DNA of 64,000 nt. Origin: Candidatus Hydrogenedentes bacterium UBA6118. GTDB taxonomy: Bacteria; Hydrogenedentota; Hydrogenedentia; Hydrogenedentales; SLHB01. The notes under the pieces were generated by a model. The model did no database searches and was not told the origin of the DNA. It saw only the letters and a program-made list of their open reading frames with translations. The DNA lies in contig DIWA01000015.1 in the NCBI GenBank assembly GCA_002422525.1, forward strand, positions 33,797 through 97,796. The letters run 5' to 3'. Below, one piece after another: positions 19,344 through 28,396 of this stretch (positions are counted from its first letter, which is position 1; every line of letters starts with the position of its first letter). The translations under genes and the position numbers were made by a program.

Positions 19344-19783
19344 GAGGCGGGCTCCAAGGCGGCGGGCGGGTTTCGCGTTTGTTTCCGGCGCATCCGGCGG
19401 ATTGGGTTGGGAAGGCGTTGCGGTCACGTCAGACTCCGTATGAGTTGCATGCCGTGGGCGCTCGAGGACGGCGAGCGCATGGAGATAACGATACTCCGGG
19501 GCGCCCATGCACGGCAACCGCGACGCGCTGCATCGCCGGATGCCGTGTTGCGCAGCAAGGCGTCGGGAGGACCGGCTCGCGAAGCCGATACGCAAATTGA
19601 TACGCGCAAGGGGGTTGTGGCAGTATTCATTATTCCAGGAAGAGAGTGCGCGACGGCATGGATACGCATGTCGGCGTGTGTGCAGTAGGCGGGAGCCGCC
19701 GCGCGGCGGGGTTGCAGTGCGGCGCGTCCGGAGGGCGGAGCGTAGCGCGTCCCGGCCACGTGCAGCGAGGAGAAAGACGGAAA

Positions 19784-20884
19784 ATGGCGAACATTGATTT
19801 CGGCGGCGTCACGGAAGAAGTGATCATGCGCAAAGAGTTCACGCTCGCGAAGGCGAAGCGTGTGCTGAAAGACGAGACGATCGCGGTGATCGGGTACGGC
19901 GTGCAGGGGCCGGCGCAGTCGTTGAACATGCGCGACAACGGCTTCAACGTGATCGTCGGCCAGGCGAAGTCGTTCAAGAACGACTGGGACCGCGCGGTGG
20001 AGGACGGGTGGAAGCCCGGAGAGACGTTGTTCGACATTGAAGAGGCGGTCGAGCGCGGCACGGTGGTCCAGTACTTGGTGTCGGACGCGGCGCAGAAGGC
20101 GCTGTGGCCGGTGGTGAAGAAGGGCCTGAAGGCGGGCGACGCGCTGTACTTCTCGCACGGGTTCTCGATCGTCTACGGCGACCAGACCAAGGTGATTCCG
20201 CCGGAAGACGTGGACGTGATCATGGTGGCGCCGAAGGGCTCGGGCACGTCGGTGCGTCGGAACTTCCTGTCGGGCGCGGGGATCAACTCGAGCTTCGCGG
20301 TGCACCAGGATGCGACGGGCCGCGCGCGGGATCGGGCGATCGCGCTCGGCATCGCGATCGGCTCGGGGTATCTGTTCCCGACGACGTTCGAGCACGAGGT
20401 GTACAGCGACCTGACGGGCGAGCGCGGCGTGTTGATGGGCGCGCTGGCGGGGATCATGGAAGCGCAGTACGATGTGCTGCGTAAGAACGGTCACTCGCCG
20501 AGCGAGGCGTTCAACGAGACGGTCGAGGAGCTGACGCAGAGCCTGATCCGGCTGGTCGATGAGAACGGCATGGACTGGATGTATTCGAACTGCTCGGCGA
20601 CGGCGCAGCGGGGCGCGCTGGACTGGAAGCCGAAGTTCCGCAAGGCCGTGGAGCCGGTGTTCAAGGAGCTGTACGAGCGGGTGAAGAGCGGCGCGGAGAC
20701 GCGGCGCGTGCTGCGCGAGTGCGGACGCGAGGACTATCGCGAGCGGCTGGCGAAAGAGCTTGCGGAGATCCACGACAGCGAGATGTGGCGCGCCGGGGCG
20801 GCGAGCCGCGCGCTGCGTCCGAAAGAGAAGGCCAAGACCATCACGCGGGCGACGAAGGGCGTGTCGGGTCGCGGGGCCAACTGA
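19784..20884 (+). CDS. ilvC: ketol-acid reductoisomerase (NADP+)
   Basis: ATG at 19784 follows GAGGAGAAAG. Rossmann motif VIGYGVQGPAQ. The KARI catalytic region has the conserved SHGF, MVAPKGSG, and EQYDVL segments. Confidence 0.9.
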   Translation: MANIDFGGVTEEVIMRKEFTLAKAKRVLKDETIAVIGYGVQGPAQSLNMRDNGFNVIVGQAKSFKNDWDRAVEDGWKPGETLFDIEEAVERGTVVQYLVSDAAQKALWPVVKKGLKAGDALYFSHGFSIVYGDQTKVIPPEDVDVIMVAPKGSGTSVRRNFLSGAGINSSFAVHQDATGRARDRAIALGIAIGSGYLFPTTFEHEVYSDLTGERGVLMGALAGIMEAQYDVLRKNGHSPSEAFNETVEELTQSLIRLVDENGMDWMYSNCSATAQRGALDWKPKFRKAVEPVFKELYERVKSGAETRRVLRECGREDYRERLAKELAEIHDSEMWRAGAASRALRPKEKAKTITRATKGVSGRGAN

Positions 20885-20916
20885 TCGGTTGATCGGCGTC
20901 GACGACTGTAATCGCG

Positions 20917-20956
20917 AATCCCCGAGGGCGCGCCGATCGGTGCGTTCTCGGGGATT
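20917..20956 (+). terminator. hairpin downstream of ilvC (10-bp stem, 20-nt loop)
   Basis: AATCCCCGAG (20917-20926) pairs with CTCGGGGATT (20947-20956). There is no U-tract, so it is a weak terminator or an RNA-stability element. Confidence 0.3.
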
Positions 20957-21121
20957 GCTGCGTCTACGGAGGGCGCGACCGGCGCCTCACTCTGCTGGTA
21001 CGCGGAAGCGAGCGCTTGATCGGATTGCAGCGGCCTTGATAGGGTGCGCGCTGATTGACGGGGTTTGCAGACCGACCGGCGCGGGCCCGTGCGCGCGGCG
21101 TGTCGGAGGGAGTTTCCAAGG

Positions 21122-22324
21122 GTGAGCGGTGAGAAGAGTCAGTTCACGCGCCTCGTAGAGCTGGGGTTCCGCGTTGCGGCGCACTGGAAGCCCATGACGC
21201 TGTTCGCCCTGATCGGGGGCGTGGTCCTTGGTCTCGCGGCGTACTACGTGCCGCCGCCCTCCTACACGTGCGAGGTGCTGGTGTATCTGCAGCCGCAGCC
21301 GTGGACCGGCGAGACGGCGGGGCGGATCGACCTGGAACAGGAGATTGTGTTCACGCCGAAGCCGTTCTCGGCGTACCTGTCGCGCCCGCCGGAGGCGAAG
21401 GACTACGTACAGATCATGACATCCGACGGGGTGTTGGGGGACGTGCTGGACCGGTTCGTGGAGCGTCACGGCAGCGAGTACCGCGAGAAGGAGATTCCCA
21501 CGCGCCAACGGCTGCGACGGACGATCTCGGCATATGCGCCGACGGTGCTCAGGACGCCGTATGAAGTGGAACACACGCCTACGATCTACCTGTCGACCAA
21601 GGCGCCGAAACCCGAGATGGCGTATCAGCTCATGGTGATCTACCTCGAGGTGATCCAGGAGTGGACGCGAGACCTGACGTACGCGGAGCGGGCGAAGAAG
21701 GCCTTCGCGTCGGTGGAGGCGGAGTACAACCGCCTGCTGGGCGAGCTCGATGCGTTGGACGCGGAGCGGATTGCGCTGGCGCGGGAGAACGCGGAGAAGC
21801 TGGAGGCCGTGCAGCACGAGTGGTCTCGCAAAGCCGCGGAGTACGAGGCGGAGACCGAGCGGCTGGTGCTGGAGCTGATGGGCGAGTGGACCGAGCGGAT
21901 CGCGGAGGCCCCGGACGGCGTTGCGCGGGAAGTTGCGAAGGAGGAGCGGGACCAGGCGATCGAGGCGCTGCGCGCGGAGCGGCGCTACGGGCTGGAGGAT
22001 ATCCTGCGGGCGGGCGAGGGGGCCTACAGCGCCCTGCGGCGGGAGTGCGAAATCGCCGAGCAGAAGCTCGAGCGACGGTACCGGATGGAGCTCGAGATCA
22101 CGCAGAACGTGGCCGCGGCGTTGACGCGGGCCGCGCCGGTGATCGCGGAGGAGTTCGAGGAGATCGTCGTGATGAACGAGCCGCGGATGCCGGAGGAGCC
22201 GGAGAAGGCGTCGGTGGTGCTGTTCGTGGCGGGCGGCGTCGTGTTGTGCGGTCTGGCGGCGCTGGCCTACGTGATTGGCAAAGTGCTGGTGGGAGACGTG
22301 CGGTCGGCGGTGCAGCAGGGATAG
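21122..22324 (+). CDS. polysaccharide chain-length determinant (Wzz/PCP-like) protein
   Basis: GTG at 21122 has a GGAGGG RBS. N-terminal TM after FRVAAHWKPMTLFALIGGVVLGLAAYYVPPPSYTCEVLVYL matches the Wzz N-terminal pattern. It has a long coiled-coil periplasmic region and a C-terminal TM VVLFVAGGVVLCGLAALAYVIG. Confidence 0.5.
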   Translation: MSGEKSQFTRLVELGFRVAAHWKPMTLFALIGGVVLGLAAYYVPPPSYTCEVLVYLQPQPWTGETAGRIDLEQEIVFTPKPFSAYLSRPPEAKDYVQIMTSDGVLGDVLDRFVERHGSEYREKEIPTRQRLRRTISAYAPTVLRTPYEVEHTPTIYLSTKAPKPEMAYQLMVIYLEVIQEWTRDLTYAERAKKAFASVEAEYNRLLGELDALDAERIALARENAEKLEAVQHEWSRKAAEYEAETERLVLELMGEWTERIAEAPDGVAREVAKEERDQAIEALRAERRYGLEDILRAGEGAYSALRRECEIAEQKLERRYRMELEITQNVAAALTRAAPVIAEEFEEIVVMNEPRMPEEPEKASVVLFVAGGVVLCGLAALAYVIGKVLVGDVRSAVQQG

Positions 22325-22359
22325 GACGTTGGGGGGAGAGTGCGCCAGGAGATGGGAAA

Positions 22360-22436
22360 TGGCGTACCCGGAGGGACTCGAACCCCCAACCTTCTGGTCC
22401 GTAGCCAGACACTCTATCCAATTGAGCTACGGGTAC
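22360..22436 (-). tRNA. tRNA-Arg (anticodon ACG)
   Basis: Reverse complement GTACCCGTAGCTCAATTGGATAGAGTGTCTGGCTACGGACCAGAAGGTTGGGGGTTCGAGTCCCTCCGGGTACGCCA folds as a cloverleaf. Acceptor 7 bp, D-stem GCTC/GAGT, anticodon stem TCTGG/CCAGA, loop CTACGGA, T-arm GGGGG-TTCGAGT-CCCTC, and an encoded CCA. Confidence 0.85.
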
Positions 22437-22803
22437 GCACTGTTCTGAGCAGAACGAACGGAATGATAGCAGAGGATCGGGGCCGAATGCAAATCAGGTC
22501 CGGCGTCGGGCCGGCGTCGGCATCGGTTCGAGGCGGTCGGCGGGCGCTGTTAATAGCCTTGCTATGCCCTGATCGCATGGGCTATGATACGAAGAGCATG
22601 AGGGGCTTCTCGTTCCTGCGGGGATTGTCGGGGCGAGGGGCGCGATCGAGCAGGGTGAGAGAGTGACTCCACGAGACGAGCCGGGAGGAGTCTCCCGCGA
22701 GTGGGGGAGACTATTGACGCGATTGCCGAATAGTCGAGTCCGTCGAAACCGGCGAGGGATGCTTAACTATTTGCCAGCAAGGGGATTGCGTGGGATTCAT
22801 TTG

Positions 22804-22832
22804 TTGACAGCCCCGGTGCCGTGTGATATAAG
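22804..22832 (+). promoter_or_regulatory. near-consensus sigma70 promoter: TTGACA, 17-nt spacer, TATAAG
   Basis: TTGACA at 22804-22809 and TATAAG at 22827-22832, with AT-rich upstream flank GATTCATTTG. It is oriented toward the giant gene about 260 nt downstream. Confidence 0.5.
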
Positions 22833-23033
22833 GCCCTATGCCATTGTATGTTGGTTGGGCCGTCAAAGTCAGCCCGCCGGCGGTCATGGGTCGCAGGCCG
22901 GGGCGGCTTGCGGGCTGTGGGATATCCGTGTGGGGAGTCTGCAAGAGGGCGCGTGTGGCGCCTCCTGGACGACGTCGGGGTGTGCGGGCTCACACGGCAA
23001 GAAGGTAGCCATGCACGCAGAGAAACGGGAAAC

Positions 23034-23073
23034 AACGCTCCTCGGGCATTCACGCCCGGGAGCGTTTTTTGTT
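23034..23073 (+). terminator. intrinsic-terminator-like hairpin plus U-tract in the 5' leader (attenuator or riboswitch expression-platform candidate)
   Basis: AACGCTCCTCGGGC (23034-23047), loop ATTCAC, GCCCGGGAGCGTT (23054-23066), then TTTTTTGTT. The U-tract ends 6 nt before the RBS GGAGGT (23080-23085) and 20 nt before the GTG start. Confidence 0.5.
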
Positions 23074-23093
23074 CCTGCTGGAGGTACCGAACC

Positions 23094-26000
23094 GTGAAGA
23101 CCAAACTCGGCGCTCGAACCTGGTTCATCGGCGCAGCCTTGCTTGCGGGAGCGGCGCTGCTGGTTGCGCCCGCGGCGCGCGCGCAGGACGACGTCCCGAC
23201 GGCGAGCTTCAACATCGAGGACGCCGTCCAGGACGGTCACTCGCTGTTGCCCACGCAGAACTGGACGCCGCTGGTCCGGCTCGAGTTGGCGTGGGACAGC
23301 CAGGACGCGCCCGCGCCGCGGGATCTGACGGGGATGGTGTATTACATCACCGGGGATCCCGTGGATGAGCGGTCGTGGAGTCGGTACGCCAGTCCGGAGA
23401 CGAAGCACCTCTATGAGTTCGCGATCATCCGGGAGGGGCAAGGCCCGGACGACGACGGCTATGGGGTGTTGGGCGACAACGACAGCGTCTGGTATGTCTG
23501 GGACGGCGAAGGCGACCCGGTCGGCGAAGTGACCGACCTGGGCGGGGCCCTGCGGTACGAGATGGACTTCGTGGGGGATGGCACGGAGGACAATCCCGAG
23601 TTCCCGATCCCGAACGGTTCCGCGGACTTTCCCGCGAGCTATTTCCTCGCGGTGCGCACGTCGGCGCTGTGGCACAACGGCATGCACATGAGCGTGCGCA
23701 TTCCGGTGGGCGGGCTCGACTGGAACCCCCGTTTCCCCGACGACTCGGCGACGGTGGACGAGGATCCGTTCGAGCCGGAGACGGCCTACTCGGCCAGTTT
23801 CGGCGCGTACGACGTGACGGGTTCGCTCACCTCCGACCAGAGTTACGTGTACACGAATACGTGGAACTACCCGAACTTCGTGTACACGCCGCAGCCGGAG
23901 TATTCGCGTCCGCGTTGGGACAGCTCGGCGACGGCGCTGCAGATCCTGAACGGCGAGTGGATTCAGCTTCGGCGGCTGTTTGCGATCGAGACGTGGTATG
24001 CGGTGATCGGGCTGAACATGCATTCAAGTTCAGCGTCCGTCATGGAGACGGCGACGCGGAGCGGGTTCGATCCGCTGCTGAATCCCGAGCCGCGCGGCGA
24101 CGTGGGCCGCGTGCGGACGGTCGCGGTGGACGGGGCCTACCCGATCGAGATGAACGTCGTCATGACGGACGTGGGCGGGGATCCGCTCGGGCCTCCGGGA
24201 AACGGCGGGTTCAATCCGCAGACTGGTCTTGAGACCATGACCTACGATGTGCTGTCCGCCGGCGGCGACATCATCGTCGACCGCGCGTACGAGGAGGACC
24301 ACGCGTTCAACGGCGTCTGGCTGTGGCGCGACGGCGGCAACAACGATTTCGACCGGCCAACGCCCGGCGCGAACGGCGCGACGTTCGGCGAGGACACGCC
24401 CGCGTTGCCGATGGGCTGGGCGATCGACGACGACCAGAACATCTTCATGCTGCCGGACGCCGGGCTCGGCGCGTACTGGGAGCATGTGGCGAACCCGCCC
24501 GGCGGCGGGGATCCCTGGTGGCGAATCACGCTGCAGTTCGGCAACAACCGCGGCGGCGCGGGGCGCATGGAGCCGACGCCGAACGGCGATGTGAACGCGC
24601 GGCCAAGCATCCAGTTCCACGATTACTTCATCACGGTGCGCGCGGACAGCGGCTACGCGGATGCGAGCGGCCGGTCGGGCGACGGCACGGGGATCACGTA
24701 CGGCGCCGAGACTCGGATGTACATCGAGCCGCGGTATACGACGCCGAGCAACGACGTGTTCGACGGTTCGATGGACATGGGCGGGCTGCTCGTGACGTCG
24801 CAGTTCCCGCTGGAGTGGTCGGGCGGCTGGCGCGAGCACCCGGCGTTGAGCCCGGTGAACGAGGACACGGGGCTGCGGCAGCAGGAGCCGTGGTGGCACC
24901 AACGCACAATGGATCGCAACAACGCGAAACTGGTGCGCTTCGGCGCCGAGATCCACGACCTCGTGATGACCTACGAGTCGAACAACGCGTTCTCGATGGC
25001 GCAGGGCGTGGACATCGATATCGCGGGCGGCGACAACTTCGGCAACCCGGCGTTCAGCGATCTGCTCGACGACCTCGGCTTTGACTTCTTCTCGATCGCC
25101 AGCTTCGCGCGGTGGATGGATCCGTTCGGGATCCGGTCGGGCGAGTTCATCGACGGCTACCGTACGGGCGTGGTGAACTGGCGGTTCGTGGACTTGGGGA
25201 TCGACGACAGCCAGAACGGCCCGATGCAGAAGCCGTATGAGACGGCGCCGTTCTTCAATCCGCTCGATCTGGCGCCGGCGGGTCCGCGTTCGTTCTTCTA
25301 TCCGAACCCGCCGCAGCAGCCGTCGCTTCCGTCGTATGCGACGTGGCCGCTTGGCGCGGGCGAATTCGCGAACAATCCGGGTATGCAGACGCTGCCTCCG
25401 GGCGAGTTCCCGCGGGAGATCAACTGGCGGCCGGCGGATCTGGGCACGCGGAAGCTGAAACAGCATATCGACGCGGACAGTCGCGCGACGGCGTTGCTGG
25501 GGTTCAACATGGCCGGCGCGAACGACCCGGTGACGAACGAGTTCGCGGCGATCTCGCTCGAGCAGATCACGGTGGCCCTGTGGGGTCCGGACACCAACAA
25601 CGACGGCGTGATGGACTTCTCGCCGGCGGACTTGAAGGCGCTGGACCCGGAGGGTCTGTCCGGCACATCCGGCGTGGCGATCTATGTCGACACGGGGAGC
25701 GGCACGTTCTCGGATCTTGCCGGGGGCGACCAGCCGCTTCCGCTGCGAAGCCTGAAGTGGGGCAGCGCGCCGGAATTCCTCGATGTGACGGGCGACGGCG
25801 AGCCGGATGACCTGAACGGCGACGGCCTGATCACCGGGCTGGACAAGGCGTGGGTGCTGCGGCTGCGTCCGCAGACAGCCTTCCGCGTGCCGGTCGAGGA
25901 CGCGAACATCGCGCCATTTGCGCGTTCGCTGCCGTCGGGCGCGGGCTCGGGCGGCGGCAAGACCGTGCTGGATCTGGGCGAAGAGATCGAGGGCGCGCCG

Positions 26001-28265
26001 TACTGGACGCAGAAGCCGCGCCTGGTGGACCTGGAGACGTATAACGAGGACGCGATCGCGCAGGCTGGACAGGGCATGGGCGACGGGTCGATTCCGGTGA
26101 CTCAGATCCCCGGCGACCCGGACGGCGGCGGCAACGCGGGTGACGACCTGTTCTTCGTAGTTCGGACGTCGGATGCAATCGGGCAGTTCCGGAAGTTCAC
26201 GGCGCTTGTGCCGGCGACGTTGCCGGAGCGGCCTGTACAGGACCGGACGGCGGGGATGCAGTTTGCGCCGTCGAACATCCCGGCCGCGGCCTATGGCAAG
26301 AACCACCCGGAGGAGTCGGGCGGTCCGTCGTTCTTCGAGCACGAGCTGATCGAAGCGAATGTGGCGGTGAAGCTGACGGATTTGACCGGGCAGGGGCAGA
26401 TGCTGTACGCGAACGGCCAGCCGACGGCGGTAATGGGTATTGACGCATCGACGAACCGCGGCGGGGGCGCGATTGTGGCGTCCGGCGAAGCGGGCGTTGG
26501 GGGTCCGGGCCAGTTCACCGCGGCGGGCGCGGGCTTCCCGCCCGGCGGGTTCGTGGGCTACCACCTGATCGATTCGGCGTATGAGTCGTACCTGATCACG
26601 GGGAACACGAACACGCAGTTGACGGTGCTGAGCGGCACGCCGCTTTCGGGGGCGTGGCGGATCGTACGTGATCCGACGTATCTGGAACAGGTTATCGTGG
26701 AGCTGTATCCGGAGGTGGAGGACGTCCAGAACTTCAACCTGCTGGAGCATCTGCTTCCGCTGAATATCAACCAGGATGTCAGCGGTGTGGCGCTGTACCG
26801 CGATAATGACATGCATCCCGACAATCAGAACGGGATCTTTGATCCGGGCGTCGACATCCCGCTGCAACTGGACTACGCGCCGTATATGATCGGCATGCAG
26901 GGCGAACCGCGGCATCAGGTGTTGTTCGTGTTCAGTTCGCCGGGAACGGATGACGTGCCTCTGCAAGGGTTCCCGGCCGGCCTGGCCAACCAGCCGCGGC
27001 GGCGCCAGGTGATCCCGGAGACGTTCGGCGCGACGCTGAGCGACCCGGACCGCGGACCGGACTTCTTCGTGGTGATGCGGGCGGCCTCGAAGGTAGAGGA
27101 GCCGGTGGCGTTCCGGGTCGGCATCGTGTCGTGGGGTCCGAACACGCCGACGGCGCCGGATCCGGACACGTTCCCGCCGCCGCCGGTGGCGACAGTGGGC
27201 GAGTTCGACATCTTCTCGGAGTTCCCGTGGGGCGGGCGCGGCCTCGGCTTCGTCAGCTTCTTTGCGGATATCCGAGACTATGACGCGCGTGACTTCAGCG
27301 GATACAACTGGGTCCGTACGCATCCGAACAAGAACGTGCGGACAAACGTCCTGACCATTGACGAACAGACGGCGCAACCGGGCGACGTTGTGATCACCTC
27401 GGTGTCCCACGACAAGTTGCCGCAGGTGACGCCGGACGGCGGGATCGTGCTGGTGATTCGCGGCAGCGGGTTCGGCACGACGCCGCGGGTGACGCTGAAC
27501 AACACGTTGCTCGAGGTGCAGTCGGCGACGGATACGTCGATCAGCGCGCAGATTCCGGGCGGGTCGACCTTCACGGACATGCTGGTGTTGACGGTTACCA
27601 ACCCGAAGACCGAGAAGACGGGTACGTGGACGGCGATTACCCTTGTTCCGGACGACGGGGGCTTCGGCGACGCGCCGTCGATCGCGTCGGTGTCGCCGAG
27701 CAGCGGCAGCGCGGCCGCGTTCCCCGTGACGATCGTCGGCGCCCGGTTCAGTGATCCGATCGTGCGGTTTGACCAGGCGGAGATGCCGATCGTTGAATGG
27801 ACGCCGACGCGCGTGGTGGTGGCGTTCCCCTCATCGGGTCTGCCCAAGACGGGCCCGTTGGACGTCACCGTGGAGAATGGCGGCTCGGGTCTGTTCGCGA
27901 CGGCGGTGGACGCGTTCACGTATCTGAATATGCCGGGGACCGGGGTGCGGCCGTGCTTCATCGCGACGGCGGCGTACGGTTCGCCGTTGTCCGGGCAGTT
28001 GGACGTGTTCCGCGCATTCCGTGACGATGTGCTGCTGAAGAGCGCGGCGGGCGCGGCGGCGGTCGACCTGTATTACACGGTGAGCCCGGGGTTCGCGGAC
28101 GCGGTTGCGGCGCACCCGGCGCTGGCGATGGCGGTGCGGGCGGCGCTGACGCCGATCGCGTGGGCGCTGAAGTGGCCTGCGTGGGCCGCCGCCGTTGCGG
28201 TCGGTCTGACGTTGTGTGCGGCGGCGGCGTGTTTGCGGCGTCGCCGGGCGCGCGCGGCCGTGTGA
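23094..28265 (+). CDS. giant secreted cell-surface protein (~1,723 aa) with tandem IPT/TIG-like domains, Ca-binding D-x-D-G motifs and C-terminal sorting-signal-like module
   Basis: GTG at 23094 follows GGAGGT by 8 nt. Signal peptide VKTKLGARTWFIGAALLAGAALLVAPAARA-QDD. Ca-loop motifs DTNNDGVMDF and DDLNGDGLITGLD. Two Ig-like IPT/TIG segments (VITSVSHDK...IRGSGFG; IASVSPSSGSAAAFPVTIVGARF). C-terminus CFIATAAYGSPLSGQLDVFRAFRDDVL...DLYYTVSP, then TM AAAVAVGLTLCAAAAC and LRRRRARAAV. Confidence 0.75.
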   Translation: MKTKLGARTWFIGAALLAGAALLVAPAARAQDDVPTASFNIEDAVQDGHSLLPTQNWTPLVRLELAWDSQDAPAPRDLTGMVYYITGDPVDERSWSRYASPETKHLYEFAIIREGQGPDDDGYGVLGDNDSVWYVWDGEGDPVGEVTDLGGALRYEMDFVGDGTEDNPEFPIPNGSADFPASYFLAVRTSALWHNGMHMSVRIPVGGLDWNPRFPDDSATVDEDPFEPETAYSASFGAYDVTGSLTSDQSYVYTNTWNYPNFVYTPQPEYSRPRWDSSATALQILNGEWIQLRRLFAIETWYAVIGLNMHSSSASVMETATRSGFDPLLNPEPRGDVGRVRTVAVDGAYPIEMNVVMTDVGGDPLGPPGNGGFNPQTGLETMTYDVLSAGGDIIVDRAYEEDHAFNGVWLWRDGGNNDFDRPTPGANGATFGEDTPALPMGWAIDDDQNIFMLPDAGLGAYWEHVANPPGGGDPWWRITLQFGNNRGGAGRMEPTPNGDVNARPSIQFHDYFITVRADSGYADASGRSGDGTGITYGAETRMYIEPRYTTPSNDVFDGSMDMGGLLVTSQFPLEWSGGWREHPALSPVNEDTGLRQQEPWWHQRTMDRNNAKLVRFGAEIHDLVMTYESNNAFSMAQGVDIDIAGGDNFGNPAFSDLLDDLGFDFFSIASFARWMDPFGIRSGEFIDGYRTGVVNWRFVDLGIDDSQNGPMQKPYETAPFFNPLDLAPAGPRSFFYPNPPQQPSLPSYATWPLGAGEFANNPGMQTLPPGEFPREINWRPADLGTRKLKQHIDADSRATALLGFNMAGANDPVTNEFAAISLEQITVALWGPDTNNDGVMDFSPADLKALDPEGLSGTSGVAIYVDTGSGTFSDLAGGDQPLPLRSLKWGSAPEFLDVTGDGEPDDLNGDGLITGLDKAWVLRLRPQTAFRVPVEDANIAPFARSLPSGAGSGGGKTVLDLGEEIEGAPYWTQKPRLVDLETYNEDAIAQAGQGMGDGSIPVTQIPGDPDGGGNAGDDLFFVVRTSDAIGQFRKFTALVPATLPERPVQDRTAGMQFAPSNIPAAAYGKNHPEESGGPSFFEHELIEANVAVKLTDLTGQGQMLYANGQPTAVMGIDASTNRGGGAIVASGEAGVGGPGQFTAAGAGFPPGGFVGYHLIDSAYESYLITGNTNTQLTVLSGTPLSGAWRIVRDPTYLEQVIVELYPEVEDVQNFNLLEHLLPLNINQDVSGVALYRDNDMHPDNQNGIFDPGVDIPLQLDYAPYMIGMQGEPRHQVLFVFSSPGTDDVPLQGFPAGLANQPRRRQVIPETFGATLSDPDRGPDFFVVMRAASKVEEPVAFRVGIVSWGPNTPTAPDPDTFPPPPVATVGEFDIFSEFPWGGRGLGFVSFFADIRDYDARDFSGYNWVRTHPNKNVRTNVLTIDEQTAQPGDVVITSVSHDKLPQVTPDGGIVLVIRGSGFGTTPRVTLNNTLLEVQSATDTSISAQIPGGSTFTDMLVLTVTNPKTEKTGTWTAITLVPDDGGFGDAPSIASVSPSSGSAAAFPVTIVGARFSDPIVRFDQAEMPIVEWTPTRVVVAFPSSGLPKTGPLDVTVENGGSGLFATAVDAFTYLNMPGTGVRPCFIATAAYGSPLSGQLDVFRAFRDDVLLKSAAGAAAVDLYYTVSPGFADAVAAHPALAMAVRAALTPIAWALKWPAWAAAVAVGLTLCAAAACLRRRRARAAV
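27954..28262 (+). other. C-terminal conserved module (copy 1) plus TM helix plus Arg-rich tail
   Basis: CFIATAAYGS...FRAFRDDVLL...GAAAVDLYYTVSPGFADAV...WAAAVAVGLTLCAAAACLRRRRARAAV. Confidence 0.6.
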
Positions 28266-28396
28266 AGGGGTCCGACGGGAGTCGGGGAAGCCCACGGTAC
28301 ATATGCTAGGACCCCTCGGGGGGTCTGGAACCGGCCTTTCCGCAGGATGCGATCTCGATCGGGGATCGCTTTGGGAAGGCCCTGAGGAGCCAACAG

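Noticed and set aside
22990-23033. Possible c-di-GMP-I (GEMM) aptamer in the leader (CACGCAGAG...GGGAAAC)
   Set aside because: I can see only a partial resemblance to the conserved ACGCACAGGGCAAACC core, and cannot verify the two-hairpin architecture or tetraloop/receptor by eye. I keep it as a hypothesis inside the leader finding, not as a feature.
22663-23097. 144-aa plus-strand ORF covering the leader of the giant gene
   Set aside because: No RBS, no recognisable domain, composition typical of a random high-GC frame. The region is better explained as a promoter plus structured 5' leader.
24030-27410. 1,126-aa minus-strand ORF, and similar long antisense ORFs (28073-30508, 13876-15855, 16383-18317, 7101-8927, 57713-60040, 60209-61837)
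   Set aside because: Each lies antisense to a gene with clear catalytic or structural motifs. Each has the Arg/Pro/Ala/Gly-rich, motif-free composition of a GC-rich shadow frame. Long stop-free antisense frames are expected at this GC content.
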